Source: Octopus vulgaris (taxonomy: Eukaryota). From it: DNA of 64,000 nt. Position 1 is the first letter of the stretch; every line of letters starts with the position of its first letter. The notes under the pieces were generated by a model. It saw nothing but the letters and a program-made list of their open reading frames with translations. It searched no databases and was not told the DNA's origin. The stretch lies in NCBI GenBank assembly GCA_951406725.2, contig OX597818.1, forward strand, positions 102,796,001 to 102,860,000, given 5' to 3'. Below are positions 1 to 12,709 of the stretch, in pieces. A program made the translations under genes and the position numbers.

Positions 1-1
1 C

Positions 2-98
<97 letters not shown>

Positions 99-104
99 TG
101 TATG

Positions 105-138
<34 letters not shown>

Positions 139-170
139 TAGATATATAGATATATGCATGTATGTATAGA
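1..170. repeat. (TA)n/(TATG)n compound microsatellite; many similar TA, TG, TATG, GATA, AAT and GAA tracts occur across the window
   Basis: Visible directly. These tracts explain the YI/VC/THT/LSIY-type ORFs in the track. Confidence 0.98.
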
Positions 171-729
171 TAAAACACTTGGAAAAGGATGCGTGACGTT
201 CGATCATATAATAATATAAATACTACATGTATGTATGTATTATGTATATGTATATAACTTTGATAGGTTTCGGCCAGTATAGGTCCAGGCCGTGTATGGT
301 TTTCCTGTTGCTTTTTATATTTTTATTCTCCCAACTGAATAGATATCAAAACTTACAGTCTTTTCGCTTCCATAACCATATCTTTTTATGATCAATCTTT
401 GCTATCTATACAGGTACCATGCGCTCGCGCAAACATCCGCCCTTCTACAGATATAACTATTCATACACTGATTTTACTGTCGTGCACAAGGGCTTGCACA
501 CACCAGAACCACATCTGTACATATGCCCTCTCCTCCGCGCATGTATAAAGGTACCGACGTTATATAACATGTTCAAACTGTATGTGTATTTGTGTGTGTG
601 TGCGTGTACTCATGTATGTATATATGTGTGCGTGTGTTACTAGCTCGTAGTTAAATTGTTTATCGTACTAGATTATTTTACAATGCCTTAATTACGAACT
701 GAAGTCAATATTTTTTGCTGAAACACGGC

Positions 730-870
730 GACTAGACGCTTAGCGGCATTTCGTCCGTCTTCATGTTCTGAGTTCTAATTTCGTCCTGTTTGATTTTGAC
801 TTTCATCCTTCTTGTGTTAGTGAAATAAGTAGCGGTTGGACATTTGTATCCGTGTAATCGACTTGCCCAA
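730..870 (+). mobile_element. SINE family B, degenerate fragment
   Basis: gttctgagttctaattt...ctttcatcctt resembles the clean copy at 17335. Confidence 0.6.
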
Positions 871-881
871 TATTTGAAACC

Positions 882-1046
882 TGTGTGGTAAGTAGCTTGC
901 TTACGAACCACATGGTTCCGGGTTCAATCCCACTGCGTGGCACCTTGGGCAAGTGTCTTCAACTGTAGCCTCGGGCCGAGCAAAGCCTTGCGAGTGGATT
1001 TGGCAGACGGAAACAGAAAGAAGCCCGTTACATATATGTATGCATG

Positions 1047-1080
<34 letters not shown>

Positions 1081-1290
1081 CATGCATACATATATGTAAC
1101 GGGCTTCTTTCTGTTTCCATCTGCCAAATCCACTCGCATACATATATATATATGCATGTATGTATGTATGTATGTATGTATGTATGTATGTATGTATGTA
1201 TGTATGTATGTATGTATGTATGTATGTATGTATGTATGTGTGTATGTATATGCATGTGTGTCCCAACATCGCTTGACAACCGATGATGCC
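882..1290 (+). mobile_element. SINE family A (tRNA-headed, CORE-like segment, internal microsatellite), truncated, with internal inverted duplication
   Basis: ctgtgtggtaagtagcttgc...ggttcaatccc (A/B-box-like), accttgggcaagtg (CORE-like); matches the copy at 14257. Confidence 0.85.
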
Positions 1291-1387
1291 GAGGTGGAAA
1301 TCCAAACCGAAGAGATGGTGGTGTGGATTTCCACTGCTACCGAATAATTGTCACATATTATTTTACATATATATATATATATATATA

Positions 1388-1550
1388 TACGACGGGCTTC
1401 TTTCAGTCTCCGTCTACCAAATCCAAACACAAGGCTTTGGTTGGCCCGAGGCTATAGTAGAAGACACTTGCCTAAGGTGCCGCGCAATGGAACTGAACCC
1501 GGAATGTGGTTCGTAAGGAATCTACTTACTACACAGCCACTACAACGCCT
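1388..1550 (-). mobile_element. SINE family A, 5' half
   Basis: Reverse complement of the family A head. Confidence 0.85.
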
Positions 1551-2699
1551 ATTTTTGTTCCCATATATGAAACCTACTCCATTTACACTTTTTCTGACAA
1601 TAGACACCAGTCTTTTTTTTTCTTTTGCATTCCCTATACACTCTAATTCATTCTATTGGATAAATCCAGAGAAACGAATGCAGTTGTTGAAATCTTGTGC
1701 AGGCTTTTTGGGTTCGTAGAACTGACAGATTTGATAAATATTTCTCATCAATCTTACAACGTAATATCAGGATGCTTATTTTCATGTTCTCTGAATCCAA
1801 AGCTCCAGTATATCATATATTATAATGGCCATAAGTTTTGCGTAATGTGAATGCATATTTAGTTTCCCGATAATTTCTTGCCAGGCTGCAACAATGGGTT
1901 TCAAATGTACGATCTCAGAGCTACTATCTTGCAAAACAAATTCAAAATGAAATATCGTTGGCTTTAACCAGGCTAGAAAAACGATAAAAAGGGATACTTT
2001 CTGATAGTTCAAGAAAATAGTAATATCTCGATAACTTCATTTCATAAAGATGTAGGCTTTTCGTTGTTGTTGATTTTGCTTTCTTTCGTTCTGTTTTCTC
2101 CGCAAACTATAACAAATTCCGTCAACACAGAAAATCATGTAGAAATTTGCACAGATAGTAGCCAATCCGAGAATGGGAAAAGATACTACTTCATGAAATA
2201 GAAATTACCCAAGCACCCTTAATACACCCGGAAAGAAAATACTCCTAGATATAATCCTACAAGTGTACCGTTATATAAACGACACAAGTTAAGAATATTA
2301 TAGAAAAAAACGTAAATATATGAAGCAACGACAAAAATAACAATAAGCGGATGGAAAAAAGGATATCATCACAGAATTGAGGATATTTTTATGATCAAGA
2401 GCGCACTAACTTCTCGTTTCTATGCAAACACGGAAACAACAGCACCAGGCCATACGGTACACTAAAAATTAAACGCGGTAGAAACATCCGTTCTTAAATA
2501 ACCATCTAGGTACACTTCTTTTCGGAAAATCGGGAATTAAAAACATTTTTTTTTAATTTAAAAATTCGGAAACCTGAGAATAGCAGTAACAGCAATTTTA
2601 GTTGCCATTTCCTTTGTCTTGCTAATCGCAGTAACAGTAGTTCTAGCTTAACTTTTTTTTCCTACATCATAGTGATAGATATTATAATAATCATTTCTG

Positions 2700-2903
2700 T
2701 TGCATGTACAAGGCCTGAAATTTGGGGGTGGAGCATACTCAATCACGTTCAGATAACTACTAAACTGGTATTTATTTTATCGACACCGCAATGATGAACA
2801 GCAAACTCAACCGCAGCGGAATTTGAACTCAGAACATAAAGACAGACGAAATGCCGCAAAGACATTTGTCTCGAGTGCTCGCGATTCTGCCAGCACGCTG
2901 CCA
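2700..2903 (-). mobile_element. SINE family B, degenerate
   Basis: ggaatttgaactcagaac...gacgaaatgccgc...ctgccagc. Confidence 0.7.
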
Positions 2904-3029
2904 TTCACATCTTCGTTATACTAATTCAAGACGAATAAAATATTGATCATACAGCGCAAAACGTGCAATCTAGCGTATCATAATGCAGTGCAATATCTCT
3001 GACTAAACAACTAGCAAGGTGTGTGTGCG

Positions 3030-3230
3030 GGCATTGCTAGCATGCCGGGGAAAATGTTTAGTGGCATGTGGCCTGTCTTTACGTTCTGAGTATCAAATAC
3101 ACCTAAAGGTCGACTGTACTTTCCATCCTTTCGGAGTCGATAAAATAAGTACCAGTTGAGCACTAGGGCCAATGTACGAGGCTCAACCAGCTGTCATTAA
3201 TTTCCTGGCCTTGTACCAAAATCTGAAATC
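3030..3230 (+). mobile_element. SINE family B, degenerate
   Basis: ggtcgactgtactttccatcctttcggagtcgataaaataagtaccagtt. Confidence 0.7.
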
Positions 3231-3266
3231 AATATATGTCTCTACTTGTATGCGTGTGTGTGTCTA

Positions 3267-3363
<97 letters not shown>

Positions 3364-3380
3364 ATGTATGTATGTATCTA

Positions 3381-3475
<95 letters not shown>

Positions 3476-3502
3476 ATGTATGTATGTATGTATGTATGTA
3501 TA

Positions 3503-3900
3503 TACTCTTTTACTTGTTTCAGTCAATTGACACTGGCCACGCTAGAGCACAGCTTTCAGTCGAGCAAATCGACCCCAGGAATTATTCTTTGTAAGCCTAG
3601 TACTTCTTCTATTGGTCTCTTTTGCTGAACCGCTAAGTTACGGGGACGTAAACACACCAGCATCGGTTGTCAAGCGATGTTGGGAAGACCAATACGGACA
3701 CACAAAAAACATATACACACATATATATATAAACATATATACGACGGGCTTCTTTTAGTTACCGTCTACCAAATTCACTTACAAGGCTTTGGTCGGCCCG
3801 TGGCTATAGGAGAAAACACTTGCCCAAGGTGACACGCAGTAGGACTGAACCCAGAACCATGTGGTTCGTAAGCAAGCTACTTACCACACAGCCGCTCCTA

Positions 3901-3903
<3 letters not shown>
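3503..3903 (-). mobile_element. SINE family A, near full length
   Basis: Reverse complement of the 14257-14664 copy, including the gagtaaaa tail. Confidence 0.92.
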
Positions 3904-3938
<35 letters not shown>

Positions 3939-4244
3939 TACAGACCGTCACAAACAGTACACAACATGAAATAAGAAAACAAATGAGTTGAATACGCAAA
4001 CACCGAGATAAACAAATGGAAAAGGGAACAAGTAACATAAAGAACTACCCTTTATCAGTTGTCGGCTGCCTATCTACTCCTCATTTCGTGCAACACATAC
4101 ACACACGCACGTATGTAAGATGTATGTATACTTGCATGTCATACGTGTATATAGAAGTGCATATATGCAAAAGTAGAAGTACATATTAGTAATGTGGATA
4201 GAATAAGCGCCGGGCAACCCCTTTATATCTAGAAATATCATAAT

Positions 4245-4640
4245 AACAATTGCAGCGTGGAAGGTATTTGTGAGCCATTTAAGAAACAGACAAAAGCCGT
4301 TCGATTCACTTCAACATTTAAGTTTAATTCGTCAAAATATTTTCGTTGCTTTAAGACCACGACCTGTTCACTGACAAAAATCCATGCTGACAAAAATCCG
4401 TGCTGACAAAATCTGTGCTGACAAAAGTCCGAGATGCAGCATGGATTTTTGTCAGTGAACAGGTCGCGGTCTTAAAGCGACGAAAATATTTTGACAAATT
4501 AAACTTAAATGTTGAAGTGAATCGAACGGCTTTTGTGTGTTTCTTAAATGGCTTACAAACACCTTCCACGCTGCAATTGTTTTCGTTTCAGCACAGGATC
4601 TCAGATCAAATCACTTGCTTTGCAAGTACATCTCCATAAT
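4245..4640 (+). mobile_element. Non-autonomous Penelope-like inverted-repeat element with a hammerhead motif in each arm
   Basis: Arms 4245-4389 and 4437-4581; spacer of ~15-16 bp tandem tgctgacaaaaatcc units; unpaired 3' extension; 13-bp TSD-like aatatcat(a/g)ataa at 4234-4246 and 4638-4650. Confidence 0.75.
4448..4498 (+). ncRNA. Minimal hammerhead ribozyme, G3-C8 core variant (second copy 4331-4378 on the minus strand)
   Basis: tttgtca-GTGAACA-g-gtcgc(ggtcttaaa)gcgac-GAAA-a(ta)tTT-tgacaaa: stems I, II and III all pair. Confidence 0.65.
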
Positions 4641-5321
4641 ATCATGATAATTGGTTAGAAAAAGACATATGGCAATAAAAGCGAAGCAAACGCTCACACG
4701 CACACATACGAAGGAAACCAGTGTGTTATACACATATTCAGTGTGACAACCCGACGAGGTTTATACAAACATACGCCGTGACTAAAGTGAGAGAGCAGAT
4801 ACAGGAATGAAAAAGGAAGAAACGACTCTTGCAGGGAAATCATTGAAAAGACCACATATGTGTGCTGAATTAATACATTGACAAACCAATCAATTGATTA
4901 ATTAATTAATTAATTAATTAATTGCTTTGTCAAAGTATTTCACCATATTGATTAATTAATTATAAAACGGCAAAGAACAATAAATATCTGTATGTGTTAT
5001 TGTGTGTGTATTTGTGTGTGTGATTGTATTTCTGTGTATAAGTGAGTGTGCATGTACGTGTGGTGACGGGGGGTGGAGCAATCGTGCGTGTGTTGTTTTT
5101 ATGTGAACGTGTGTGTGAGTGAGTTTGTGCGTGTGTATGTATGTCAGTGATTTAATTGGCAGAATGACCTCAAAATGCAATATTTGTTTCAATACATAGT
5201 TTCACGTCAAGAAATTACCCCACACCCACTCGACAAAAACACCCCAAAAGACAAGACGCAAACGATCAAGGGCAAGTGTTTCTGTGCGTATACATATATA
5301 TACACATACACATATACACAC

Positions 5322-5361
<40 letters not shown>

Positions 5362-5413
5362 GTACATACCCTCATATATGTATGCACACATACACATATG
5401 CATACACACACAT

Positions 5414-5446
<33 letters not shown>

Positions 5447-5506
5447 CATACATATGTATATGTACATACATATATACACACATATATTTACATATATATA
5501 ACTACA

Positions 5507-5538
<32 letters not shown>

Positions 5539-5562
5539 CAAAAATACACCCAGATATATACA

Positions 5563-5606
<44 letters not shown>

Positions 5607-5809
5607 TACCCATACACATATATACTTATATACGTATATATCTATACCTATAGAGTTACACTCACACTCACACACCACACATACACACTTACACACACAC
5701 GCACATGCATATATATAGGAAACGTCAGTTTCTTCAGTACACTGCTTTCAAGAGCTCTTCTAACTTCATTTTTTTTTTACCATATTCTTCAGATAAATAG
5801 CATCACACA

Positions 5810-5940
5810 TTATGCTGATTCAGCAAAGGAAAAAGCAAGCTGTTAGTCGTTGATTTAAAAGCCCAGCATTGTGCTACAGAAGTAGCTCACTTCCTGAAAG
5901 TTGCCAGAACCTTCATTGTCTAAGTTCGAAGGCAGATGGA
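5810..5940 (+). pseudogene. Tc1/mariner-superfamily transposase N-terminal remnant
   Basis: Broken translation LKAQHCATEVAHFLKVARTFIV*VRR resembles a transposase helix-turn-helix. Confidence 0.35.
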
Positions 5941-6009
5941 AGGTGGAGTGCAGATGAAAGGTGGAGCGCGGGAATATTAGTTCGTTCAAAGTACTATTTC
6001 CGAATATTC

Positions 6010-6486
6010 TGTTCTACACTAGGCACAAGGCCCGAAATTTGTGGGGAGGGGACCAGTCGATCAGATCGACTCCAGTACACAACTAGTATTTAATCTATCG
6101 ACCCCGAAAGGATGGAAGGCAAAGTCGACCTAGGCAGAATTTGAACTCAGAACGTAAAGACAGCACCCGGCGTGCTAACGTTTCTTATTTCTTTACTGCC
6201 CATAAGGGGCTACATACAGAGTGGACAAACAAGGACAGACAAACGGATTAAGTCGATTATATCGACCCCAGTGCGTGACTGGTACTTATTTAATCGACCC
6301 CGAAAGGATGAAAGGCAAAGTCGACCTCGGCGGAATTTGAACTCTGAACATAACACCAGACGAAATACCTATTTCTTTACTACCCACAAGGGGCTAAACA
6401 CAGAGAGGACAAACAAGGACAGACAAACGGATTAAGTCGGTTATATCGACACCAGTGCGTAACTGGTACTTATTTAATCGACCCTG
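6010..6486 (-). mobile_element. SINE family B, tandem multimer
   Basis: Repeated cgaccccgaaaggatgaaaggcaaagtcgacc and gacaaacggattaagtcg units. Confidence 0.88.
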
Positions 6487-6589
6487 AAACAGAATTAATT
6501 CTACAGCTAAAGCATCATGTAACCTGCAAGACAGCAACTTGTTATTTAACTTTGGAATATTGCAATTCCTTTGCTATCAACCCACAATG

Positions 6590-7765
6590 ATCCACTATCG
6601 GGATACACAAGATTTGTAGGGATTTCAATTTCTGAGTCGCAATCTTTACGTCACCTTGGGATAAATGTAAGTACTGATGCATCTTTTCTTGTACACATTA
6701 CCAAGACCTCAGTGATGTGCAACAAGATAGCGAGATTGATTTTCAGATCATGCAATAAATGTGTGCAGAATACCATGCTCGTTTTGTGGAGGACCTTTAT
6801 ACTCAGGCGCCTAGACATCTACTCACCTCTATGGTCGACAAACTAATAGAGAATATATTAAGTTGTTCGGAAAGTGCGTGCCGATTTTTAAAGGCAAGAA
6901 AAAGGTCAATAAATACTTGCCATTACATTTTTAATCAACCAAATATGAACCATGTTGTTGCACCATGCGTCTCCATCCTTCCTTTAACTTGAAAATACCC
7001 TCTTCCCAGAATTGAGGTGGTTTCATGGCAAAGAATTCATCAAGGTATCTTTTTACGTGATCCAAAGAATTTAAATTTTACCATTAAGACTATTCTGCAG
7101 AGACCTGAATAAGTGGAAATCTGAAGGAGCAATATCTGGTGAATATGGAACGTGGGGTAACACATCTCAGCCGAGCTGCAGAAATGTTTGTCTGATTCTC
7201 AAAGCATCAAGTGCCGAAAATGAACTTTCTTATCTTCCATTTTAAAGGGTTACAAAATTAACACAGGTTATAAGAATATAAACCTTCTTCCACGAAAAGA
7301 TAGCTTAACCTGTGTTCTAAATGGAGGTGTAGTCAAATCCTATTTTATGGACTCAACTAAAAAAGGTCGAAAGGTAAGCTACTATAAATCGGCGCGAACT
7401 TTCCGGACAACCCAATAGAAATAATCCAACGATACTTCACAAGGAAGGTCACCTCTGTGCAACACCTAAGCTAGTGGGAGGGATTAATGTATGAAAAGTT
7501 TAGTCTGAGGAGAGAAGGTGGGAAAGATATGCAGTAATATATACATAAGAATCTCTTGTGTGACACGTGCCACACTTCAGTATTGAGCGTTATATCAATA
7601 GCCAAATTGGATATCACCACATTGTCGCGGTGTTCCCACACTCCTCATCGAAAATCAGAACCACATATTGTAACTGGTACACAAAATGGTACGCAGAATT
7701 TTGATATATTGCCAAAGAAACTCAGTAGCCTACATGGAGTGGATGGGAAAATATTCAAGAAGGGT
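6590..7765 (+). pseudogene. CR1/L2-group LINE ORF2 3' fragment, split by a mariner insertion
   Basis: 6590-6850 translates LRHLGINVSTDASFLVHI...LRRLDIYSPLWS. 7418-7765 continues with YAVIY and GTQNFDILPKKLSSLHGVD. Both parts are collinear with the LINE at 55025-56002. Confidence 0.8.
6858..7415 (-). mobile_element. Internally deleted non-autonomous mariner (~560 bp)
   Basis: TIRs of the type ttgggttgtccggaaagttcgYgccgattt; TA on both sides (6856-6857, 7416-7417); homologous to 23034-23599. Confidence 0.9.
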
Positions 7766-8426
7766 GATACTCTCTGCGATTCTAGACGAACCAATATCAT
7801 AATAAAGAATACAACTGTAAGCAGTGGCATCAAAGTCTCTTATTCTTCAAAAGTTAAATTCTGTTGTCGCAGTGACAATTCCATACGCGGTACTCCAACA
7901 GAGCCCACGGCCCACGGGCTAAAATCTGTTACAGATATTCAAGAATGATTTGATCGAATACTTTAAAATGTGATTTTATAACCTGTGAAGCTGTCAGTAC
8001 GTAAATATGTTAAAACTAGAGATAAGAAATAGAGAAAAGATTTATTCTTTCGCTACTGTTCATTGTCTCTAGAGGGCTTTTCATATGATATCTACGATTA
8101 AGTGGATTTGTCACTAAGGGATTTTAGAATGCTGCATATAAATACATTTATGATTTTACTTAATCTCTGTCACCTTTGTGTCTCGTGCTTCGATAAATTT
8201 ATAATTTTTCTTACTATAAATACCAGGCGTCATTTGTTTATCGTGTTTTCCAGGGAAAATAAGGTGAATATTTACTAATTCAAGATTTTCAGATAGTGTG
8301 ACCGAAGCGCATTGTAGATAAACACGTGGGTTATATTCTGAGAATCGTATTGTATAGATTCATAAATAACATGATACATAAACATATAGAACCAGGTTCT
8401 CTTATACTAATGTACTTTTGCATGCG

Positions 8427-8469
<43 letters not shown>

Positions 8470-8529
8470 GCATGTGTGAGTGTGTTCATCATCTTCTTAA
8501 TCTACGGATAAATAGTGAAATTTGCCCTG

Positions 8530-8574
<45 letters not shown>

Positions 8575-8577
<3 letters not shown>

Positions 8578-9115
8578 AGCAAAACGCCGCTCGTCCAATG
8601 GATGGTGTTGAAACATATCTGCTGAATAAAAAGCAATCAGTGTTTTCTTTTCACTAGAAAATAATTAAGCATGCCATTATTTCAATTAAATTTTTGGTTT
8701 TGTTAAAGGACGTTAAGTAAAAAAAAAAACTTCTTGAGAAAACAAATAGTCTTTCCCTCCTTCATGCCAAGTTTGACGAAAATATCTCTTTTGCATCTTA
8801 TATTTTTGGTCTCTTAAATATGCTGCATTTTGTGGCATTATTTCAAGCCAGCCGGCTTTTTTGCGCAAACTGCACGTGCATTTTTCTCGCGTACGCGTAG
8901 TATCGATCGCAACAGCTGATGTACTTGTGTGTACATGTTCCCATGGCTTTATCGATCGCATTCTCACCAGGAATCAATTTTTGTAATTTTTTCAAGACTT
9001 ATACACGCCCTGATACCGTCGGTATCTACATATCAAATTTGAGTGCAAACGGATGGAGGATGCCCGAGATCCTAGAAGACACACACACACACACAGAACG
9101 GATTTTATATATTAT
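8575..9115 (-). mobile_element. Possible non-autonomous Helitron-like repeat
   Basis: Right end (ca)n-gaacggattttatatata resembles the 5' region of the Helitrons at 11084 and 16640; termini are unclear. Confidence 0.3.
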
Positions 9116-9148
<33 letters not shown>

Positions 9149-9523
9149 GGTAAAAAACTACTGTAAAGACACTATTATCACTTATATTATATATATATTG
9201 CGATAAATGCTGTCTGCGGGCGACATGACGTATAAAATCCACAACTTAGAAATAAAAAGTTAATTCTCTATTGCAATAAGTTAGGGACTTATTAAGGGCC
9301 CTATTCGTCTCTTCAGGAGAATATTCCTATAGACAGAAATTAATACAAGACCTTACCTTGGGGCTTACATATAACTCGACCGGCAAGCATAATGTGTCGA
9401 CCTCTATCTACACATTCAAATTCTGAATTTAAGCGTCATGCACAGCGTTTATGAGAAAAGACCGGTAAATTCGAGCCACGGCAAACCACCAGAAATGAAT
9501 GGGGAAAATTAAATAATTAAATA

Positions 9524-9699
9524 TGGCTGTGTGGTAACTAGCTTGCTTATCAACCACATGGTTCCGGGTTCGTTCCCACTGCGCGGGACCTTGGGCAAGT
9601 GTCTTCTACTACAGGCTCGGGTCGACCAAAACCTTGTGAGTGGATTGTGTAGACGGAAACTGAAAGAAGCCCGTCGTATATATGTATATATATGTGTGT

Positions 9700-9770
<71 letters not shown>

Positions 9771-9978
9771 TGCGTCTGTGTTTGTCCCCCAGCATCGCTT
9801 CACAACCGATGCTGGTGAGTTTACGTCCCCATAAATTAGCAGTTCGGTAAAAGAGACCGATAGAATAAAGTACTAGGCTTACAAAGAATAAGTCCTAGGG
9901 TCGATTTGCTCGACTAAAGGCGGTGCTCCAGCATGGCCGCAGTCAAATGACTGAATTAAGTAAAAGAGTAAAAGAGTA
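9524..9978 (+). mobile_element. SINE family A
   Basis: Head, internal (TG)n, 3' tail ggcggtgctccagcatggccgcagtcaaatgactga and gtaaaaga repeats. Confidence 0.92.
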
Positions 9979-10125
9979 ATAATACATTGCGGAGATATAT
10001 CATGAACAATTAATAATTATTTATTTGGAGTACCGCGTATGGAATCATCATTGCGTCAAAAGGATTTACCGTTTGACATGTAAGCCCCAAGGTAAGGTCT
10101 TGTATCAATTTCTATCTAAAAGAAT

Positions 10126-10189
10126 ATTCTCCTGAAGAGACGAATGGGATCTTTAATAGGATCCTGATGTTGAAATTGCAATAGAAAAT
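10126..10189 (+). ncRNA. Minimal hammerhead ribozyme with canonical CUGAAGA core (damaged copy 9262-9322 on the minus strand)
   Basis: attctc-CTGAAGA-gacg...gggatc...gatcct...tgtt-GAAA-ttgcaa-TA-gaaaat; the left arm supplies the perfect stem I partner gagaat. Confidence 0.7.
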
Positions 10190-10513
10190 TAACCTTTTAT
10201 TTTTAAGTTGTATATTTTATATGCCACATCGCTCGCAGACAGCATTTATTGTGTGAAGATATAATATGAGGAATAATAGTGACTTTATATTGGCTTTTGA
10301 CTGATATTTCTAAACATGTAAGGATTTTTGAAACCCTCTCAGTTATAATTGTGACTTGTTCATATTAATAAACACTCTTCTATGTATTTTATGGCCATAT
10401 ATCAATGACTATATTTGGCCATTGATATATTCATAAATCATTATTATTTTTTTATATATCCTCCGTAATATGCTATTTCATTACTTTTTAATTACACAAA
10501 CATATACACACAA

Positions 10514-10546
<33 letters not shown>

Positions 10547-10678
10547 CATATATACGAAGAAAAATAGATAGATAGAGAGAGAGAGAGAGAGAGCGAGAGA
10601 GATAGACAGACAGACAGACAGACTGACAGACTGACAGACAGACAGAGAAATAGATAGATAGGTAGATAGATAGGTAGG

Positions 10679-10755
<77 letters not shown>

Positions 10756-11083
10756 GCGCGAACACGTACCCATACACTCGCATACTAACGCGCGCGCAAA
10801 CACATACATGCAGAAACCCACAGGAACACACTTGAGTTCTACCAACGTACACATGAAAATAATACCTCCCACACATTTCACTGGTAAAAAATGCAATATT
10901 AACATAAAACCCACCTCACACTTATTGCAACCCATTTGCTTAAATGCAAAGATTAGTTAAATTATATTTAGAATTCAATCATAACCTATGCCCCAAGTTA
11001 AAACTATTTCATCGCACTTTCCATCTTAAAAGTCACTCAATAGACAACGTCCGTTGGCAGTACATCTTTCTTTTTATTAATTA

Positions 11084-11481
11084 CTAGCAGTATCGCCCGG
11101 CGTTGTTCGGATTTGTAAGGGAAATAACTATATAAGCATTTTTAGAGATGTAAAGTATAATAGCCATCTCAATATGGCTAACCACAAAGGCGGGGGTGTT
11201 ACTGTAGCTTTTTACGTTCTGAGATTTAATAATAAATTTTTAGAGAGTTACTTCCTTTATATATGCCAAAAATGCATTAAAAAATGGGAAAAATTGATGG
11301 TAAATATTTTTTTAAATCGTAGACTCATCGTAGACGCGCGCTAATACCCAGAAGGGCTCGATATGAATCACGACTATAAGATACCCGGTTTTGGTTAAAC
11401 TGCACCGCAAAATGTGGGAGTAGTTCGGAATCTAAATCGTAGGAGACAGACAGCACACAACCTCTCTTTTATATATAAAGA
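11084..11481 (-). mobile_element. Non-autonomous Helitron
   Basis: Minus strand starts TC and ends CTAG after a GC-rich hairpin; inserted between A and T; no TSD. Confidence 0.85.
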
Positions 11482-11491
11482 TGAATTCTAG

Positions 11492-11650
11492 TGGATGTGC
11501 GTGACTTAGTTGTTAGTGCTTTGCACTTATGATTGTAACATCGCGGTTTCGATACCTGGCCTGCTTGAGGCGTAATGTTCTTGAGCAAAACATTTGATTT
11601 CAAGTTGCTCCAGTGCGTTCAGCTGACAAAGACGTCTTATCCTACGATGG
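11492..11650 (+). mobile_element. SINE family D, degenerate 5' part (a second head lies near 11965-12035)
   Basis: ggtttcgatacctgg...tgttcttgagcaaaacattt matches the copy at 57130. Confidence 0.65.
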
Positions 11651-11779
11651 ACAGGATCTCCGAACAGGTTAAGAATGGAATATAAGCACCACCGACTCTC
11701 GAAAACCGGATGGCTTTTACGAGCCCACTCCTTGGGAGGGACCTTTGATACTTGTAGGCAGCTACCTGACAGAACCGTT

Positions 11780-11945
11780 AACGGCATCTTGTCTGTGTTT
11801 GCGTTCGGAGTTCAAATAAGTCGAGGTAGACTTTGCCTGTCATCCTTTTAGGCTCGGCAAAATAAATACTAGTAAAATACTGGGATGTATGTAGTCGATT
11901 TCCCACTTCCCTTAAAACCGTTGACCCTGAGCCTAACTTTGAAGC
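11780..11945 (+). mobile_element. SINE family B, degenerate
   Basis: gagttcaaat...gaggtagactttgcctgtcatcctttt. Confidence 0.65.
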
Positions 11946-12421
11946 CTTACATTGCTGAATTTCAGTGGATACACGTGGCTAAGCGGTTAAAGTGTTGAAC
12001 TCATAGTCGTAAAATAGTGGTTTCGATTTCTGGCTTTTTACCAAAGTTTAAAACCACTAATTATTGAATTTCAACTTTTTATACATTTACAGACTTGCCG
12101 CAAAAGACATCATAAATGCAATAATAATTTTTCAAGTATTCTGTAAAAATGCTGCTACCATCATTTCTGCAGAAATTTTCTAGACTTTACACAATGGCAG
12201 GAATAATTTCTGACAAGGTCATTTCACGGTGAGCTAAAAGGATCCAGGAACTGAGAAATGTATATGCAACGAGATTCAAGCATTTTGCTGGTAATTGCGT
12301 GTGGAGCAGAAACTCCGAGTAAAGAGGTCCAACACTTATATTTTAAGTAAATGATATTACTTCAGACTTCCAAAAAATATTGTGTAATCATCGTTGACTA
12401 ATTGCATTTCAGACGAGATAG

Positions 12422-12548
<127 letters not shown>

Positions 12549-12557
12549 CACACACAG

Positions 12558-12590
<33 letters not shown>

Positions 12591-12673
12591 TGCACGCATG
12601 CACGTACAAACACACGCGCGCGTGTACTCATAGAAGCAGAGAGAAAGTGAGAACTGACTGAGTTATATAGGTC

Positions 12674-12709
<36 letters not shown>

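Larger units (their letters stand above)
9150..10300 (+). mobile_element. Penelope-like inverted-repeat element with hammerhead arms and a SINE in the spacer
   Basis: Arms ~9150-9372 and ~10076-10300, for example caagaccttaccttggggcttacat versus atgtaagccccaaggtaaggtcttg. Confidence 0.75.

Noticed and set aside
258-292. Partial hammerhead on the minus strand (ggcc...ggcc-GAAA-cctatc)
   Set aside because: No CUGANGA-like core or stem I is present.
1782-2012. 76-aa non-repetitive ORF
   Set aside because: No recognisable domain or exon signals.
3240-3500. Duplicated ctacgca-(TA)n-(TG)n-(TATG)n block
   Set aside because: Low-complexity duplication explainable by slippage or misassembly.
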